From: a bacterium
GTDB lineage: Bacteria > SAR324 > JACQKK01
Direction: 5' to 3'
Assembly (NCBI GenBank): GCA_965249525.1
Contig: OZ252237.1
Location: 1,241,470 to 1,305,469, forward strand
Length of the DNA stretch: 64,000 nucleotides
Under the pieces are notes generated by a model. It had not been told where the DNA came from and ran no database searches. It worked only from the letters and a program-made list of their open reading frames with translations. Shown one piece after another: positions 10,313 to 19,758 of this stretch; positions within the stretch are counted from its first letter, which is position 1, and every line of letters starts with the position of its first letter. A program made the translations under genes and the position numbers.

Positions 10313-10540
10313 CTGGCAGCAGCCTTTTTTGCAGCTGCTTGACTGCTAAAAAAAATATTATGCTATAATAGCACTTATACAAACTATTATGCTATAATAG
10401 CATTTAGCACAAAGCCAGATTGAACTAGCCAAGCTGTATTTATTATAAACTGGCTTTTAGCACAAACCCAGGCTATCTTGTAAGAGGCTATCTTGTAAGC
10501 TCGTGAGGCATACTATACTCAAACTTCTAAGGAGGAGATT
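10313..10540 (+). repeat. RCC1 cassette leader, copy L0 (terminator 3' half, duplicated TGCTATAAT, 2x AGGCTATCTTGTAAG, RBS)
   Basis: Matches the elements at 12002, 13563, 15136, 19575, 21163 and, inverted, 48350, 49862, 51477. Confidence 0.9.
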
Positions 10541-12004
10541 ATGAAAACTCTACAATCATCATATACTGTGCCGGGCGTCTTTGTCTTGCTGTTGTCGGCT
10601 GTGCTGCTAAGCCTTGCCAGCTGCGGCGGCGGAGGCGGCGGTGGAGGCGGCGGCGGTGACGACAGCAAGGTTGCCGACAACAGCCCTCCCGACACGCCCC
10701 CTCCCGACGTCACCCCTCCTCCCATCATTGAGCCTGAACCCCTACTAGCCATCTCAGCAGGGTGGGTTCACACTTGTGCCATTGTGGAGGGCAAAGCCTG
10801 GTGCTGGGGAAAGAACGCCAACGGCCAGCTGGGCAACAACAGCACCGATGAGAGCAATCTTCCTGTGGCTGTGGTGCAAACCCCTGCAGTTACCACCGTT
10901 GGCAGCGAAAAAGATGCCGTTCTGCTGGACAGCGGGGTCTCTGCCATCTCAGCAGGGGTTAGCCACACTTGTGCCATTCAGGAGGGTGCCGCCTTCTGCT
11001 GGGGGAGCAACACCAATAGACGGCTGGGCAACTCTTATGGGACCAGCAATGTTGCTGTGCCTATCAGCACGCTGGGCAGCGGGGTCACTGCCATCTCAGC
11101 AGGGGATCGGCACACTTGTGCCATTCATGCTGGCAAAGCCTGGTGCTGGGGGAGCATGCTCAATGGACGGCTGGGTAACAACATCGATGCCACCAGTGTT
11201 AATACGTTTAGCGGTGTTCCTATGGCTGTGATGCTAACCGCTGAAACCACTACCACCATTGGCGGCACCACCACCACCACCGCTGCCACATTCATGGAGG
11301 GTGATGTGGATGCCATCATCTCAGCAGGGAGGGATCACACTTGTGCCGTTCACCTGGAACAAGCCTACTGCTGGGGGAACGGCGACTATGGACGGCTGGG
11401 CAACGACACTACCGACCATAAAAGCCTAGCCACGCTTGTGGGAGCCGCTGGCAGCATGCTGGACAGCGGAGTCACTTCCATCTCAACAGGGAGTGACCAC
11501 ACTTGTGCCATTCACAATACTGCTAGCGGGGATGAAGATGATGCATTTGCCGCCAAGTGCTGGGGGCGCAACAACAGGGGTCAGCTGGGCAGAGAATTTG
11601 CGGTAAGTAGCACTACTGTTCTTTTAAGCCAAAGCGATATTCCCGTGCAGGTCACAGGGCTGGAAAACAATGTCACTGCCATCTCAGCAGCGACTAATCA
11701 CACTTGTGCCGTTCAAGCTGGCAAAGCCTGGTGCTGGGGTGATGAGAAACAGGATCAGCTGGGCGTAACCGACGCTTTATCTCCAAAGCTAAGCTATGTA
11801 CCCCTGGCTGTGGAAATCACCGATGGCGGCCCCCAGCTAAGCGGGGTCACTGACATCTCAGTAGGGCAATTTCACACTTGTGCGCTGCTTGACACTGGTG
11901 TTGTCCAATGCTGGGGGGGTAACGGCAATGGACAGCTGGGGGTTGGCGCGCTTGAAGGTGGTGATGCCACAACCTTCATACCCCAAACCCTGAGCTTTAA
12001 GTAA
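10541..12004 (+). CDS. RCC1-repeat (7-blade) lipoprotein g1
   Basis: MKTLQSSY leader, lipobox LASC + 11 Gly, seven HTCA..CWG..LG repeats, RBS AAGGAGG. Confidence 0.9.
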   Translation: MKTLQSSYTVPGVFVLLLSAVLLSLASCGGGGGGGGGGGDDSKVADNSPPDTPPPDVTPPPIIEPEPLLAISAGWVHTCAIVEGKAWCWGKNANGQLGNNSTDESNLPVAVVQTPAVTTVGSEKDAVLLDSGVSAISAGVSHTCAIQEGAAFCWGSNTNRRLGNSYGTSNVAVPISTLGSGVTAISAGDRHTCAIHAGKAWCWGSMLNGRLGNNIDATSVNTFSGVPMAVMLTAETTTTIGGTTTTTAATFMEGDVDAIISAGRDHTCAVHLEQAYCWGNGDYGRLGNDTTDHKSLATLVGAAGSMLDSGVTSISTGSDHTCAIHNTASGDEDDAFAAKCWGRNNRGQLGREFAVSSTTVLLSQSDIPVQVTGLENNVTAISAATNHTCAVQAGKAWCWGDEKQDQLGVTDALSPKLSYVPLAVEITDGGPQLSGVTDISVGQFHTCALLDTGVVQCWGGNGNGQLGVGALEGGDATTFIPQTLSFK

Positions 12005-12224
12005 CAACCCGCCCAACTAGCATCAAGGCTGCTGTCTGTAACCAGGCAGCAGCCTTTTTTGCAGCGTCCTGACTGCCAAAAAAAATATCCCCATACCCTA
12101 GCATTTGATACAAAGAGGGTGTATTATTATAAACTGGCTTTTGGTGCAAACCCAGGCTATCTTGTAAGAGGCTATCTTGTAAGCTCGTGAGGCATTCTAT
12201 ACTCACATTTCTAAGGAGAAAATT
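12002..12224 (+). repeat. RCC1 cassette leader L1 (extended -10 replaced by tatccccatacc)
   Basis: Same terminator and 15-bp repeats as other copies, but no TATAAT. Confidence 0.9.
12025..12060 (+). terminator. Intrinsic terminator, reiterated after cassette genes
   Basis: aaggctgctgtct-gtaacc-aggcagcagcctt stem with one G.U pair, followed by a T run. Confidence 0.85.
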
Positions 12225-13565
12225 ATGAAAACTCTACAATCATCATATACTGTACCGGGCCTGTTTGTCTTGCTGTTATCGGCTGTACTGCTAAGCCTTG
12301 CCAGCTGCGGCGGGGGTGGCGGCGGTGGCGGTAGCAACGGTGGCGGCAGCCCTGCCATAACAGTTAGTGCTATCTCAGCAGGGGATAGCCACACTTGTGC
12401 CATCCTCAGCACAGGCGCCGCCAAATGCTGGGGAGAGAACTTCAACGGCCAGCTGGGTGACGACAGCACCGATGACAGCAATCTTCCTGCGGCTGTGGTG
12501 CAAACCCCTGCCGATACTTCTGACACTGACTCTGATAAGCATACCTCTGCCGTTCTGCTGGACAGCGGGGTCACTGCCATCTCAGCAGGGTTGGTTCACA
12601 CTTGTGCCATTCATAATGGTGCCGCTAAGTGCTGGGGGTTCAACGGCAATGGACGGCTGGGTGACGGCTTCACCGATGACAGCCCTATTCCCGTGCAGGT
12701 TTCAGGGCTGACTAGCCAGGTCACTGCCATCTCAGCAGGGGGTGCTCACACTTGTGCCATTCACAATACTGCTGGCGAGGGTGAAACTGAGGCACTTGCC
12801 GCCAAATGCTGGGGGCTCAACGGCAATGGACAGCTGGGTGACGGCAGCAGCACTAAGAGGTTAACACCCGTGCAGGTTTCTGGGCTGGGCAACGGAGTCA
12901 TTGACATCTCAGCAGGGGAAGTTCACACTTGTGCCATTCACAGGACTACTGCTGGCAAGCATGCCGCCAAGTGCTGGGGGAGCAACAACAAGGGTCAGCT
13001 GGGCAACGGCGCTACTAGCGGCGAGCAAAATGCACCCGTGCCAGTTGGCGGCGAGCTAGGCGATCTGGTCACTGACATCTCAGCAGGGAATGCTCACACT
13101 TGTGCCATTCAAGATGGCAAAGCCTGGTGCTGGGGTGATAACAGCCTGGGTCAGCTGGGCAGAGTGCTTGGTGTATCTCTAATGGTAAGCGGTACACCCG
13201 AGGCTGTTGTGGACCCTACCAGTGACGGCAGAGACCAGCTAAGCGGGGTCACTGACATCTCAGCAGGGAGTGGTCACACTTGTGCGCTGCTTGCCAGCGG
13301 TGTTGTCCACTGCTGGGGGCTCAACAGCAATGGACAGCTGGGCGTCGACACCACCAGCACTGCAAGCAGCACTATTCCCCTGCAGGTTGAAGGGCTGGAA
13401 AGCCAGGTCACTGCCATCTCAGCAGGGGATGAGCACACTTGTGCACTGCTTGACAGCGGTGTTGTCCAATGCTGGGGGAGTAACGGCGATGGACAGCTGG
13501 GGGTTGGCACACTTTCAGGTGATGCTACCTCAAGCCCCACGCCCCAAGCCCTAAGCTTTGAGTAA
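12225..13565 (+). CDS. RCC1-repeat (7-blade) lipoprotein g2
   Basis: Same leader, LASC + 8 Gly, seven repeats. Confidence 0.9.
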   Translation: MKTLQSSYTVPGLFVLLLSAVLLSLASCGGGGGGGGSNGGGSPAITVSAISAGDSHTCAILSTGAAKCWGENFNGQLGDDSTDDSNLPAAVVQTPADTSDTDSDKHTSAVLLDSGVTAISAGLVHTCAIHNGAAKCWGFNGNGRLGDGFTDDSPIPVQVSGLTSQVTAISAGGAHTCAIHNTAGEGETEALAAKCWGLNGNGQLGDGSSTKRLTPVQVSGLGNGVIDISAGEVHTCAIHRTTAGKHAAKCWGSNNKGQLGNGATSGEQNAPVPVGGELGDLVTDISAGNAHTCAIQDGKAWCWGDNSLGQLGRVLGVSLMVSGTPEAVVDPTSDGRDQLSGVTDISAGSGHTCALLASGVVHCWGLNSNGQLGVDTTSTASSTIPLQVEGLESQVTAISAGDEHTCALLDSGVVQCWGSNGDGQLGVGTLSGDATSSPTPQALSFE

Positions 13566-13789
13566 CAACCCGCCCAACTAGCATCAAGGCTGCTGTCTGT
13601 AACCAGGCAGCAGCCTTTTTTGCAGCTGCTTGACTGCCAAAAAATGAATATCTATGCTATAATAGCATTTAGCACAAAGCAAGTGAATTGATTATAAACT
13701 GGCTTTTAGCACAAACCCGGGCTATCTTGTAAGAGGCTATCTTGTAAGCTCGTGAGGCAACCTATATTCACACTTCTAAGGAGGAGATT
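13563..13789 (+). repeat. RCC1 cassette leader L2
   Basis: Terminator, ATGCTATAATAGCAT palindrome, 2x15-bp repeat, AAGGAGG. Confidence 0.9.
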
Positions 13790-15127
13790 ATGAAAACTCT
13801 ACAATCATCATATACTGTGCCGGGCCTGTTTGTCTTGCTGTTATCGGTTGTGCTGCTAAGCCTTGCCAGCTGCGGTGGAGGTGGCGGCGGCGGTGGAGGC
13901 GGCACCCCTGCCATCGCTAAGCCTAAACCCCCAATAGATGCCATAGCCATCTCAGCAGGGGAAGAACACGCTTGTGCCGTTCTCAGCACAGGCGCCGCCA
14001 AGTGCTGGGGGCTCAACGGCAGTGGACGGCTGGGTGACGGCAGCAAAGCTGACAGGGATATTCCCGTGGCTGTCAGCACGCTGGGCAGCGGGGTCTCTGC
14101 CATCTCAGCAGGGAGTGAGCACACTTGTGCCATTCATAAGGGCGTCGCCAAGTGCTGGGGTTTTAACATATATGGTCAGCTGGGTGACGACAGCATCTCT
14201 GACAGCAATAGTCCCAAGAATGTCGCAGATCTAGGCAGCGGGGTCACTGCCATCTCAGCAGGGAATAGCCACACTTGTGCCATCCTCAGCACAGGTGCCG
14301 CCATGTGCTGGGGAAGTAACCAAAATGCCCAGCTGGGTAAAGGCACCGATATTCCATCCAGCACCACGCCTGTGGAGGTCACGAATCTGGGCAGCGGGGT
14401 CGAAAAAATCTCAGCAGGGGGGTCTCACACTTGTGCCATTCACAATACGGCTACGGCTAGCGTGAGTGACCCTACCCCTGACCCTGTACTTGCCGCCAAG
14501 TGCTGGGGAGATGACACAGAGGGTCAGCTGGGCGACGGCGACACCACCACTGGAGGCCCTACACCCGTGCAGGTTTCTGGGCTGGGCAGCGGAGTCATTG
14601 ACATCTCAGCAGGGCAAAATCACACTTGTGCCATTCACAATACTGCTGCCGAGGGTGAAACTGAGCAACTTGCCGCCAAGTGCTGGGGGAACGACGGCAA
14701 TGGACGGCTGGGCAACGGCAGTGGTGACTCCAATGCAAATGCACCCGTGGCAGTTAGCGGCGAGCTAAACAGCGGAGTCACTGACATCTCAGCAGGGTAT
14801 ACTCACACTTGTGCCGTTCAAGATGGTAAAGTCTGGTGCTGGGGTGATAACAGCCAGGGTCAGCTGGGCAGAGAGATTGCTGTAACATTTCTAACAGCGA
14901 ACCACCGTATACCCGTGGCTGTGGCAGCCAACGATTACATGGGAGACCCGCTAGACGACCAGCTAAGCGGGGTCACCGCCATCTCAGCAGGGCAATTTCA
15001 CACTTGTGCGCTGCTTGACAGCGGTGTTGTCCAATGCTGGGGGAGTAACGTCCAGGGACAGCTGGGGGTTGGCAAAGATCCTATTGATGACTCTACCGCC
15101 ACGCCCCAAACCGTGCGTGAACCCTAA
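13790..15127 (+). CDS. RCC1-repeat (7-blade) lipoprotein g3
   Basis: LASC + 10 Gly, seven repeats, ends TPQTVREP. Confidence 0.9.
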   Translation: MKTLQSSYTVPGLFVLLLSVVLLSLASCGGGGGGGGGGTPAIAKPKPPIDAIAISAGEEHACAVLSTGAAKCWGLNGSGRLGDGSKADRDIPVAVSTLGSGVSAISAGSEHTCAIHKGVAKCWGFNIYGQLGDDSISDSNSPKNVADLGSGVTAISAGNSHTCAILSTGAAMCWGSNQNAQLGKGTDIPSSTTPVEVTNLGSGVEKISAGGSHTCAIHNTATASVSDPTPDPVLAAKCWGDDTEGQLGDGDTTTGGPTPVQVSGLGSGVIDISAGQNHTCAIHNTAAEGETEQLAAKCWGNDGNGRLGNGSGDSNANAPVAVSGELNSGVTDISAGYTHTCAVQDGKVWCWGDNSQGQLGREIAVTFLTANHRIPVAVAANDYMGDPLDDQLSGVTAISAGQFHTCALLDSGVVQCWGSNVQGQLGVGKDPIDDSTATPQTVREP

Positions 15128-15135
15128 GCTTTAAG

Positions 15136-15362
15136 TAACAACCCGCCCAACTAGCATCAAGGCTGCTGTCTGTAACTAGGCAGCAGCCTTTTTTGCAGCG
15201 TCCTGACTGCCAAAAAATGAATATCTATGCTATAATAGCATTTAGCACAAAGCAAGTGAATTGATTATAAACTGGCTTTTAGCACAAACTCAGGCTATCT
15301 TGTAAGAGGCTATCTTGTAAGCTCGTGAGGCATTCTATACTCACATTTCTAAGGAGAAAATC
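15136..15362 (+). repeat. RCC1 cassette leader L3
   Basis: Near-identical to L2/L6. Confidence 0.9.
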
Positions 15363-16670
15363 ATGAAAACTCTACAATCATCATATACTGTACCGGGCGT
15401 CTTTGTCTTGCTGTTATCGGCTGTGCTGCTAAGCCTTGCCAGCTGCGGCGGCGGTGGCGGTAGCAACGGTGGCGGCAGCCCTGCCATAACAGTTAGTGCT
15501 ATCTCAGCAGGGAGTGAGCACACTTGTGCCATCCTCAGCACAGGCGCCGCCAAATGCTGGGGAGAGAACTTCAACGGCCAGCTGGGTGACGACAGCACCG
15601 ATGACAGCAATCTTCCTGCGGCTGTGGTGCAAACCCCTGCCGATACTTCTGACTCTGATAAGCATACCTCTGCCGTTCTGCTGGACAGCGGGGTCACTGC
15701 CATCTCAGCAGGGGGGGGTCACACTTGTGCCATTCATAATGGCGCCGCCAAGTGCTGGGGAAACAACGGACAGGGACGGCTGGGCGACGGCAGCGATACT
15801 GAAAGCAATATTCCCGTGGCTGTCGCAGATCTGGGCAGCGGGGTCACTGCCATCTCAGCAGGGGGTCAGCACACTTGTGCCGTTCACAATGGCGCCGCCC
15901 AGTGCTGGGGTTTAAACCGACTTGGTCAGCTGGGTGACGGCACCGGCATGGAAAGGCTCACACCCACGCAGGTTTCTGAGCTGGGCAGCGGAGTCATTGA
16001 CATCTCAGCAGGGCAAAATCACACTTGTGCCATTCACAATACTGGTACCGAAGATGACCCTGTACTTGCCGCCAAGTGCTGGGGGAGCAATTTCAGTGGC
16101 AAGCTGGGCGACGGCAGCGATACTGAAAGCAATATTCCCGTGGCTGTCGCAGATCTGGACAGCGATGTCACTGCCATCTCAGCAGGGGCTAACCACACTT
16201 GTGCCGTTCATAATGGCGCCGCCAAGTGCTGGGGGAGCGACAGCAAGGGGAAGCTGGGCAACGGCAGTAGTAAAACCCGCAATCAAACCGAACCCATGCT
16301 TGTGGGAGAAACTGGCAGCGAGCTAAGCAGCGGAGTCTCTGCCATCTCAGCAGGGAATCTTCACACTTGTGCCGTTCAAAATACTAAAGCCTGGTGCTGG
16401 GGTGATAACAGCATGGGTCAGCTGGGTGTAAACATTGCTATAACTGCAGCGGAAAGCCATAGACCCGTGGCTGTGGAAACCACCCTTGACGGCAAAATGA
16501 AGCTAAGCGGGGTCACTGCCATCTCAGCAGGGTTGGAGCACACTTGTGCGCTGCTTGCCACTGGCGTTGTCCAATGCTGGGGGAGTAACGTCCAGGGACA
16601 GCTGGGGGTTGGTGCACTTCCAGATGGTGATGCCACAACCCTCACGCCCCAAACCCTGAGCTTTAAGTAA
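15363..16670 (+). CDS. RCC1-repeat (7-blade) lipoprotein g4
   Basis: LASC + 5 Gly, seven repeats. Confidence 0.9.
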   Translation: MKTLQSSYTVPGVFVLLLSAVLLSLASCGGGGGSNGGGSPAITVSAISAGSEHTCAILSTGAAKCWGENFNGQLGDDSTDDSNLPAAVVQTPADTSDSDKHTSAVLLDSGVTAISAGGGHTCAIHNGAAKCWGNNGQGRLGDGSDTESNIPVAVADLGSGVTAISAGGQHTCAVHNGAAQCWGLNRLGQLGDGTGMERLTPTQVSELGSGVIDISAGQNHTCAIHNTGTEDDPVLAAKCWGSNFSGKLGDGSDTESNIPVAVADLDSDVTAISAGANHTCAVHNGAAKCWGSDSKGKLGNGSSKTRNQTEPMLVGETGSELSSGVSAISAGNLHTCAVQNTKAWCWGDNSMGQLGVNIAITAAESHRPVAVETTLDGKMKLSGVTAISAGLEHTCALLATGVVQCWGSNVQGQLGVGALPDGDATTLTPQTLSFK

Positions 16671-16807
16671 CAACCCGCCCAACTAGCATCAAGGCTGCTG
16701 TCTGTAACCAGGCAGCAGCCTTTTTTGCAGCGTCCTGACTGCCAAAAAATGAATATCTATGCTATAATAGCATTTAGCACAAAGCAAGTGAATTTATTAT
16801 AAACTGG
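16668..16807 (+). repeat. Truncated cassette leader L4, joined to the dapD upstream region
   Basis: Follows the consensus to ataaactgg, then diverges; promoter part retained, 15-bp repeats and RBS lost. Confidence 0.85.
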
Positions 16808-16843
16808 TTTTGGGTATTCTCCATTTGTTCGGCTGGCATCCCT

Positions 16844-17977
16844 ATGACCCCTGCCTTTGTTGACCACCTCCAGCAGCTTATTTTACTGCGCATACATTCG
16901 CAGCCAAACACCCTCGCTGTGGTGCCCAGACTGCCCCCAGAGTCGTTGTTCGCTGCCCTGCTGCCACTGTTGGCAGCCCCGTTGGCAGCCCCGCCTGCCA
17001 GCAGCAGCCATGACTCCCCCGTGCTGTGTCGTCTGGACTCCTCAAAGCTGAACAGTCTGCCTGCGGCGCAATTACGCACATTAGAAGCGCATGAGGGAAT
17101 AGCTGCCTTGCTGGCATCAAAGGCGCAATGGGAACAGGTGCAAGTGGAGGTGGTGCGTTCAAAGCGCGCGGGGCTGCTGGAGAGACTGAGTCAGCGACAA
17201 GGTGATGCAGCAGACACCCAAGCATTAATTGAATTGATGGACAGCGGTCAGGTGCGCTGTGCAGAGAAAGTGCGGGGAGTATGGCAGCCGCAGGCTTGGG
17301 TGATTCAGGGGGTGTTGAATTATTTTGCCACCCATGAAATGCAAGTGATGGAACGTGCAGGCTGGGACAAGATTCCCTTAAAGACTCAAGGTTGGGATGC
17401 AGCCCGCTTTGCAGCTGGGGGGGTGCGGTATGCCCCTGGTGCGGTGGTGCGCAAGGGTGCCTGGCTGGGGGCGGGTACGGTGGTGATGAGTCATACATTT
17501 GTGAATATAGGTGCTTGGGTGGGGGGCGAGGGGGTGATGCTGGACACAGGCTCGCGGGTGGCTTCTGCTGCCCAGGTGGGCAAGGGAGTAAAGCTGGGGG
17601 CTGGCAGTGGCTTGGAAGGTGTGTTGGAACCGGCTGGTCGTATGCCTACAATTGTAGAAGACCAGGTGCGCATTGGGGCGATGTGTGAAGCTGCAGGCAT
17701 TATTGAGGAAGGTGCGGTGCTGGCCAGCGGTGTGGTGATGGCTTCTGGCAAGAAAATATATGACGAAGCCACAGGCAAGCTCATTCCTCCCCTGCCCCTA
17801 ACAGTGGAGGGCGTGACCTACCAGCTGCCAGTGATTCCAGCCTGGCGCTTGGCTGTGGGCGGGGCCTTGGTATCCAACAACACCGCTACCGATGCGGTGA
17901 TTCTCAAACCTGGCGATTTGCGAGAACGTGGTACCCTGCGCCATTTTGAGCGTCAAGGTCTGCTGTACAGCCGATAA
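16844..17977 (+). CDS. dapD: Tetrahydrodipicolinate N-succinyltransferase with N-terminal extension
   Basis: LMDSGQVRCAEK, WDKIPLK, PGAVVRKGA, FVNIGAWV, GVLEP and hexapeptide repeats. Confidence 0.85.
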   Translation: MTPAFVDHLQQLILLRIHSQPNTLAVVPRLPPESLFAALLPLLAAPLAAPPASSSHDSPVLCRLDSSKLNSLPAAQLRTLEAHEGIAALLASKAQWEQVQVEVVRSKRAGLLERLSQRQGDAADTQALIELMDSGQVRCAEKVRGVWQPQAWVIQGVLNYFATHEMQVMERAGWDKIPLKTQGWDAARFAAGGVRYAPGAVVRKGAWLGAGTVVMSHTFVNIGAWVGGEGVMLDTGSRVASAAQVGKGVKLGAGSGLEGVLEPAGRMPTIVEDQVRIGAMCEAAGIIEEGAVLASGVVMASGKKIYDEATGKLIPPLPLTVEGVTYQLPVIPAWRLAVGGALVSNNTATDAVILKPGDLRERGTLRHFERQGLLYSR

Positions 17978-17999
17978 AACACCATTTAAGCATGTGGGG

Positions 18000-18033
18000 A
18001 AATCCTCTGCTGGAAATCGCAGGGGTTTTTTTA
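18000..18033 (+). terminator. Intrinsic terminator after dapD
   Basis: aaatcctctgc-tggaaatc-gcaggggttt + T run. Confidence 0.75.
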
Positions 18034-18102
18034 TGCAATTCTTATTTATGATTCTTATGAAATATTACTTGACAATAGGCAAGAATTTGACACAATGGAA
18101 CT

Positions 18103-18121
18103 GAGAATAATAATCATTATT
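18103..18121 (+). promoter_or_regulatory. Fur-family box overlapping a putative -10
   Basis: GAGAATAATAATCATTATT matches GATAATGATAATCATTATC at 16/19; TTGACA at 18069 and 18087. Confidence 0.7.
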
Positions 18122-18159
18122 GTTTATCGGGTCATGGTTGATGGTGAGGTAAGAGTTTT

Positions 18160-19401
18160 ATGACGGAATTGGTAATCAAAGTTCACACCCGATTGCTAAA
18201 ATTGTTGGAGTTGCTGGAGGGTGAGGGGGCGCAAACTGTATTAAAGCCCAAAAACTGGCGGCGCTGGATATTTTATGGGTCCCTATCCGCTTTGTTGCTG
18301 CATCCAGAGACTCGCAGGTTGTTGTTGGAAGTGCTGCGCAACACCTATTTGACGGTGGTGGTGTTTGTGGCAGCCACCTTGGCGATATTTTATTTTCTGG
18401 AGGATTGGTTTCGGGTGGATGTGGCGGCGTTGTTGCAGCGTCATCGTCGCATTCAGCCGATGATTGCTGCCTTAGTGGGGGCTTTGCCTGGATGCGGGGG
18501 GGCGATTATGGTGGTGACACAGTATGTGAAGGGGGGCATCAGTTTTGGGGCATTGATTGCGGTGTTGACTGCAACCATGGGAGATGCGGCGTTCTTGCTT
18601 TTGGCACGCAAGCCCTTGGTGGCATTGGGATTATTTGCTGTCGGTGCTTTGGTGGGGACTGTTACAGGGATGGTGGTGGATGCCATTCATGGACCTGATT
18701 TTCTGCGCAGCAAGAATGTGCCGCAGCACATCAGTACACAGCGGGATTTGTTGGCGCCGCAGCCCTTATTTGGTTTTGCTTGGTTGTTGGCATTGCTTCC
18801 TGGGTTGGTGTTGGGCTTGGCGGATGCGTTTCAGTTAAATCTTGACGGCTTGCTGGGATTTAGTGAAGGATTTTGGCTGCCTTCTATGGTGGTAGGAGTG
18901 GCAGGAGGCACTTTAAGCATGCTGATGTGGGATTTGCTGCCTTATCGCCAGCCTCCTGTGAAGCCCAAGGGTTGTCGGGTGGAACGAAAAGACATGTTCC
19001 GCTGGCAGTATGGTTCTACCATTAGCCGCATTGTGAATGACACCAACTTTGTTACCAAGTGGGTGGTGATGGCATTTTTGTTTTATGAGTTGTTGTTATT
19101 CTTTAGCGGGGTGGAGTTGGGGAATGTGTTTCGTTTGTGGGCGCCGTTGGTGCCGCTGGTTGCAGTGCTGATGGGCTTTATCCCTGGTTGTGGACCACAG
19201 GTGTTGGTAACAGCCCTGTATGTGGATGGCTTCATTCCGTTTTCTGCCCAGCTGGGCAATGCAATTAGCAATGATGGAGATGCCCTCTTCCCTGCTATTG
19301 CCATAGCCCCCAAGGCTTCTATTGTGGCCACCTTGTATAGTGCTATTCCTGCGGTGCTGATGTCATACGGTTGGTATTGGCTGTTTGAAAGGGGGGGATA
19401 G
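18160..19401 (+). CDS. Putative manganese/metal transporter (DUF2899-type permease)
   Basis: Two internal repeats with GALPGCGGAI and GFIPGCGPQV, TATMGDAAF, NAISNDGDALFP. Confidence 0.8.
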   Translation: MTELVIKVHTRLLKLLELLEGEGAQTVLKPKNWRRWIFYGSLSALLLHPETRRLLLEVLRNTYLTVVVFVAATLAIFYFLEDWFRVDVAALLQRHRRIQPMIAALVGALPGCGGAIMVVTQYVKGGISFGALIAVLTATMGDAAFLLLARKPLVALGLFAVGALVGTVTGMVVDAIHGPDFLRSKNVPQHISTQRDLLAPQPLFGFAWLLALLPGLVLGLADAFQLNLDGLLGFSEGFWLPSMVVGVAGGTLSMLMWDLLPYRQPPVKPKGCRVERKDMFRWQYGSTISRIVNDTNFVTKWVVMAFLFYELLLFFSGVELGNVFRLWAPLVPLVAVLMGFIPGCGPQVLVTALYVDGFIPFSAQLGNAISNDGDALFPAIAIAPKASIVATLYSAIPAVLMSYGWYWLFERGG

Positions 19402-19516
19402 CCACACTTGTGCCCTTCACAATGGCGCCGCCAAGTGCTGGGGGCGCAACTTAGGCAGGCGGGGCGACGGCAGCACCCATACCAGCAACAACCCCAAAAC
19501 CGTGTTGTTTGAATAA
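19394..19516 (+). pseudogene. Orphan last blade of a CARDB-RCC1-type gene
   Basis: Reads GDSHTCALHNGAAKCWGRNLGRRGDGSTHTSNNPKTVLFE*; the 3' end aaccgtgttgtttgaataagccgtggc matches the end of the 24464 gene. Confidence 0.85.
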
Positions 19517-19574
19517 GCCGTGGCGGGCTACTTATACAGCTGCGGGGGGCGGTTCCCCCTGCATCACACCGCCC

Positions 19575-19758
19575 TGGCAGCAGCCTTTTTTGCAGCGTCC
19601 TGACTGCCAAAAAATGAATATTATGCTATAATAACATTTAGCACAAAGCAAGTGAATTGATTATAAACTGGCTTTTGGTGCAAACCCAGGCTATCTTGTA
19701 AGAGGCTATCTTGTAAGCTCGTGAGGCATACTATATTCACACTTCTAAGGAGGAGATT
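19575..19758 (+). repeat. RCC1 cassette leader L5 (begins at terminator 3' half)
   Basis: ggcagcagcctttttt...tgctataat...2x15-bp repeat...AAGGAGG. Confidence 0.9.

Noticed and set aside
12002-12224. Cassette leader as an integron attC site (TAACAA follows each stop codon)
   Set aside because: No RYYYAAC/GTTRRRY complementary cores or attC-type hairpin; the element carries its own promoter and terminator; no intI in the window
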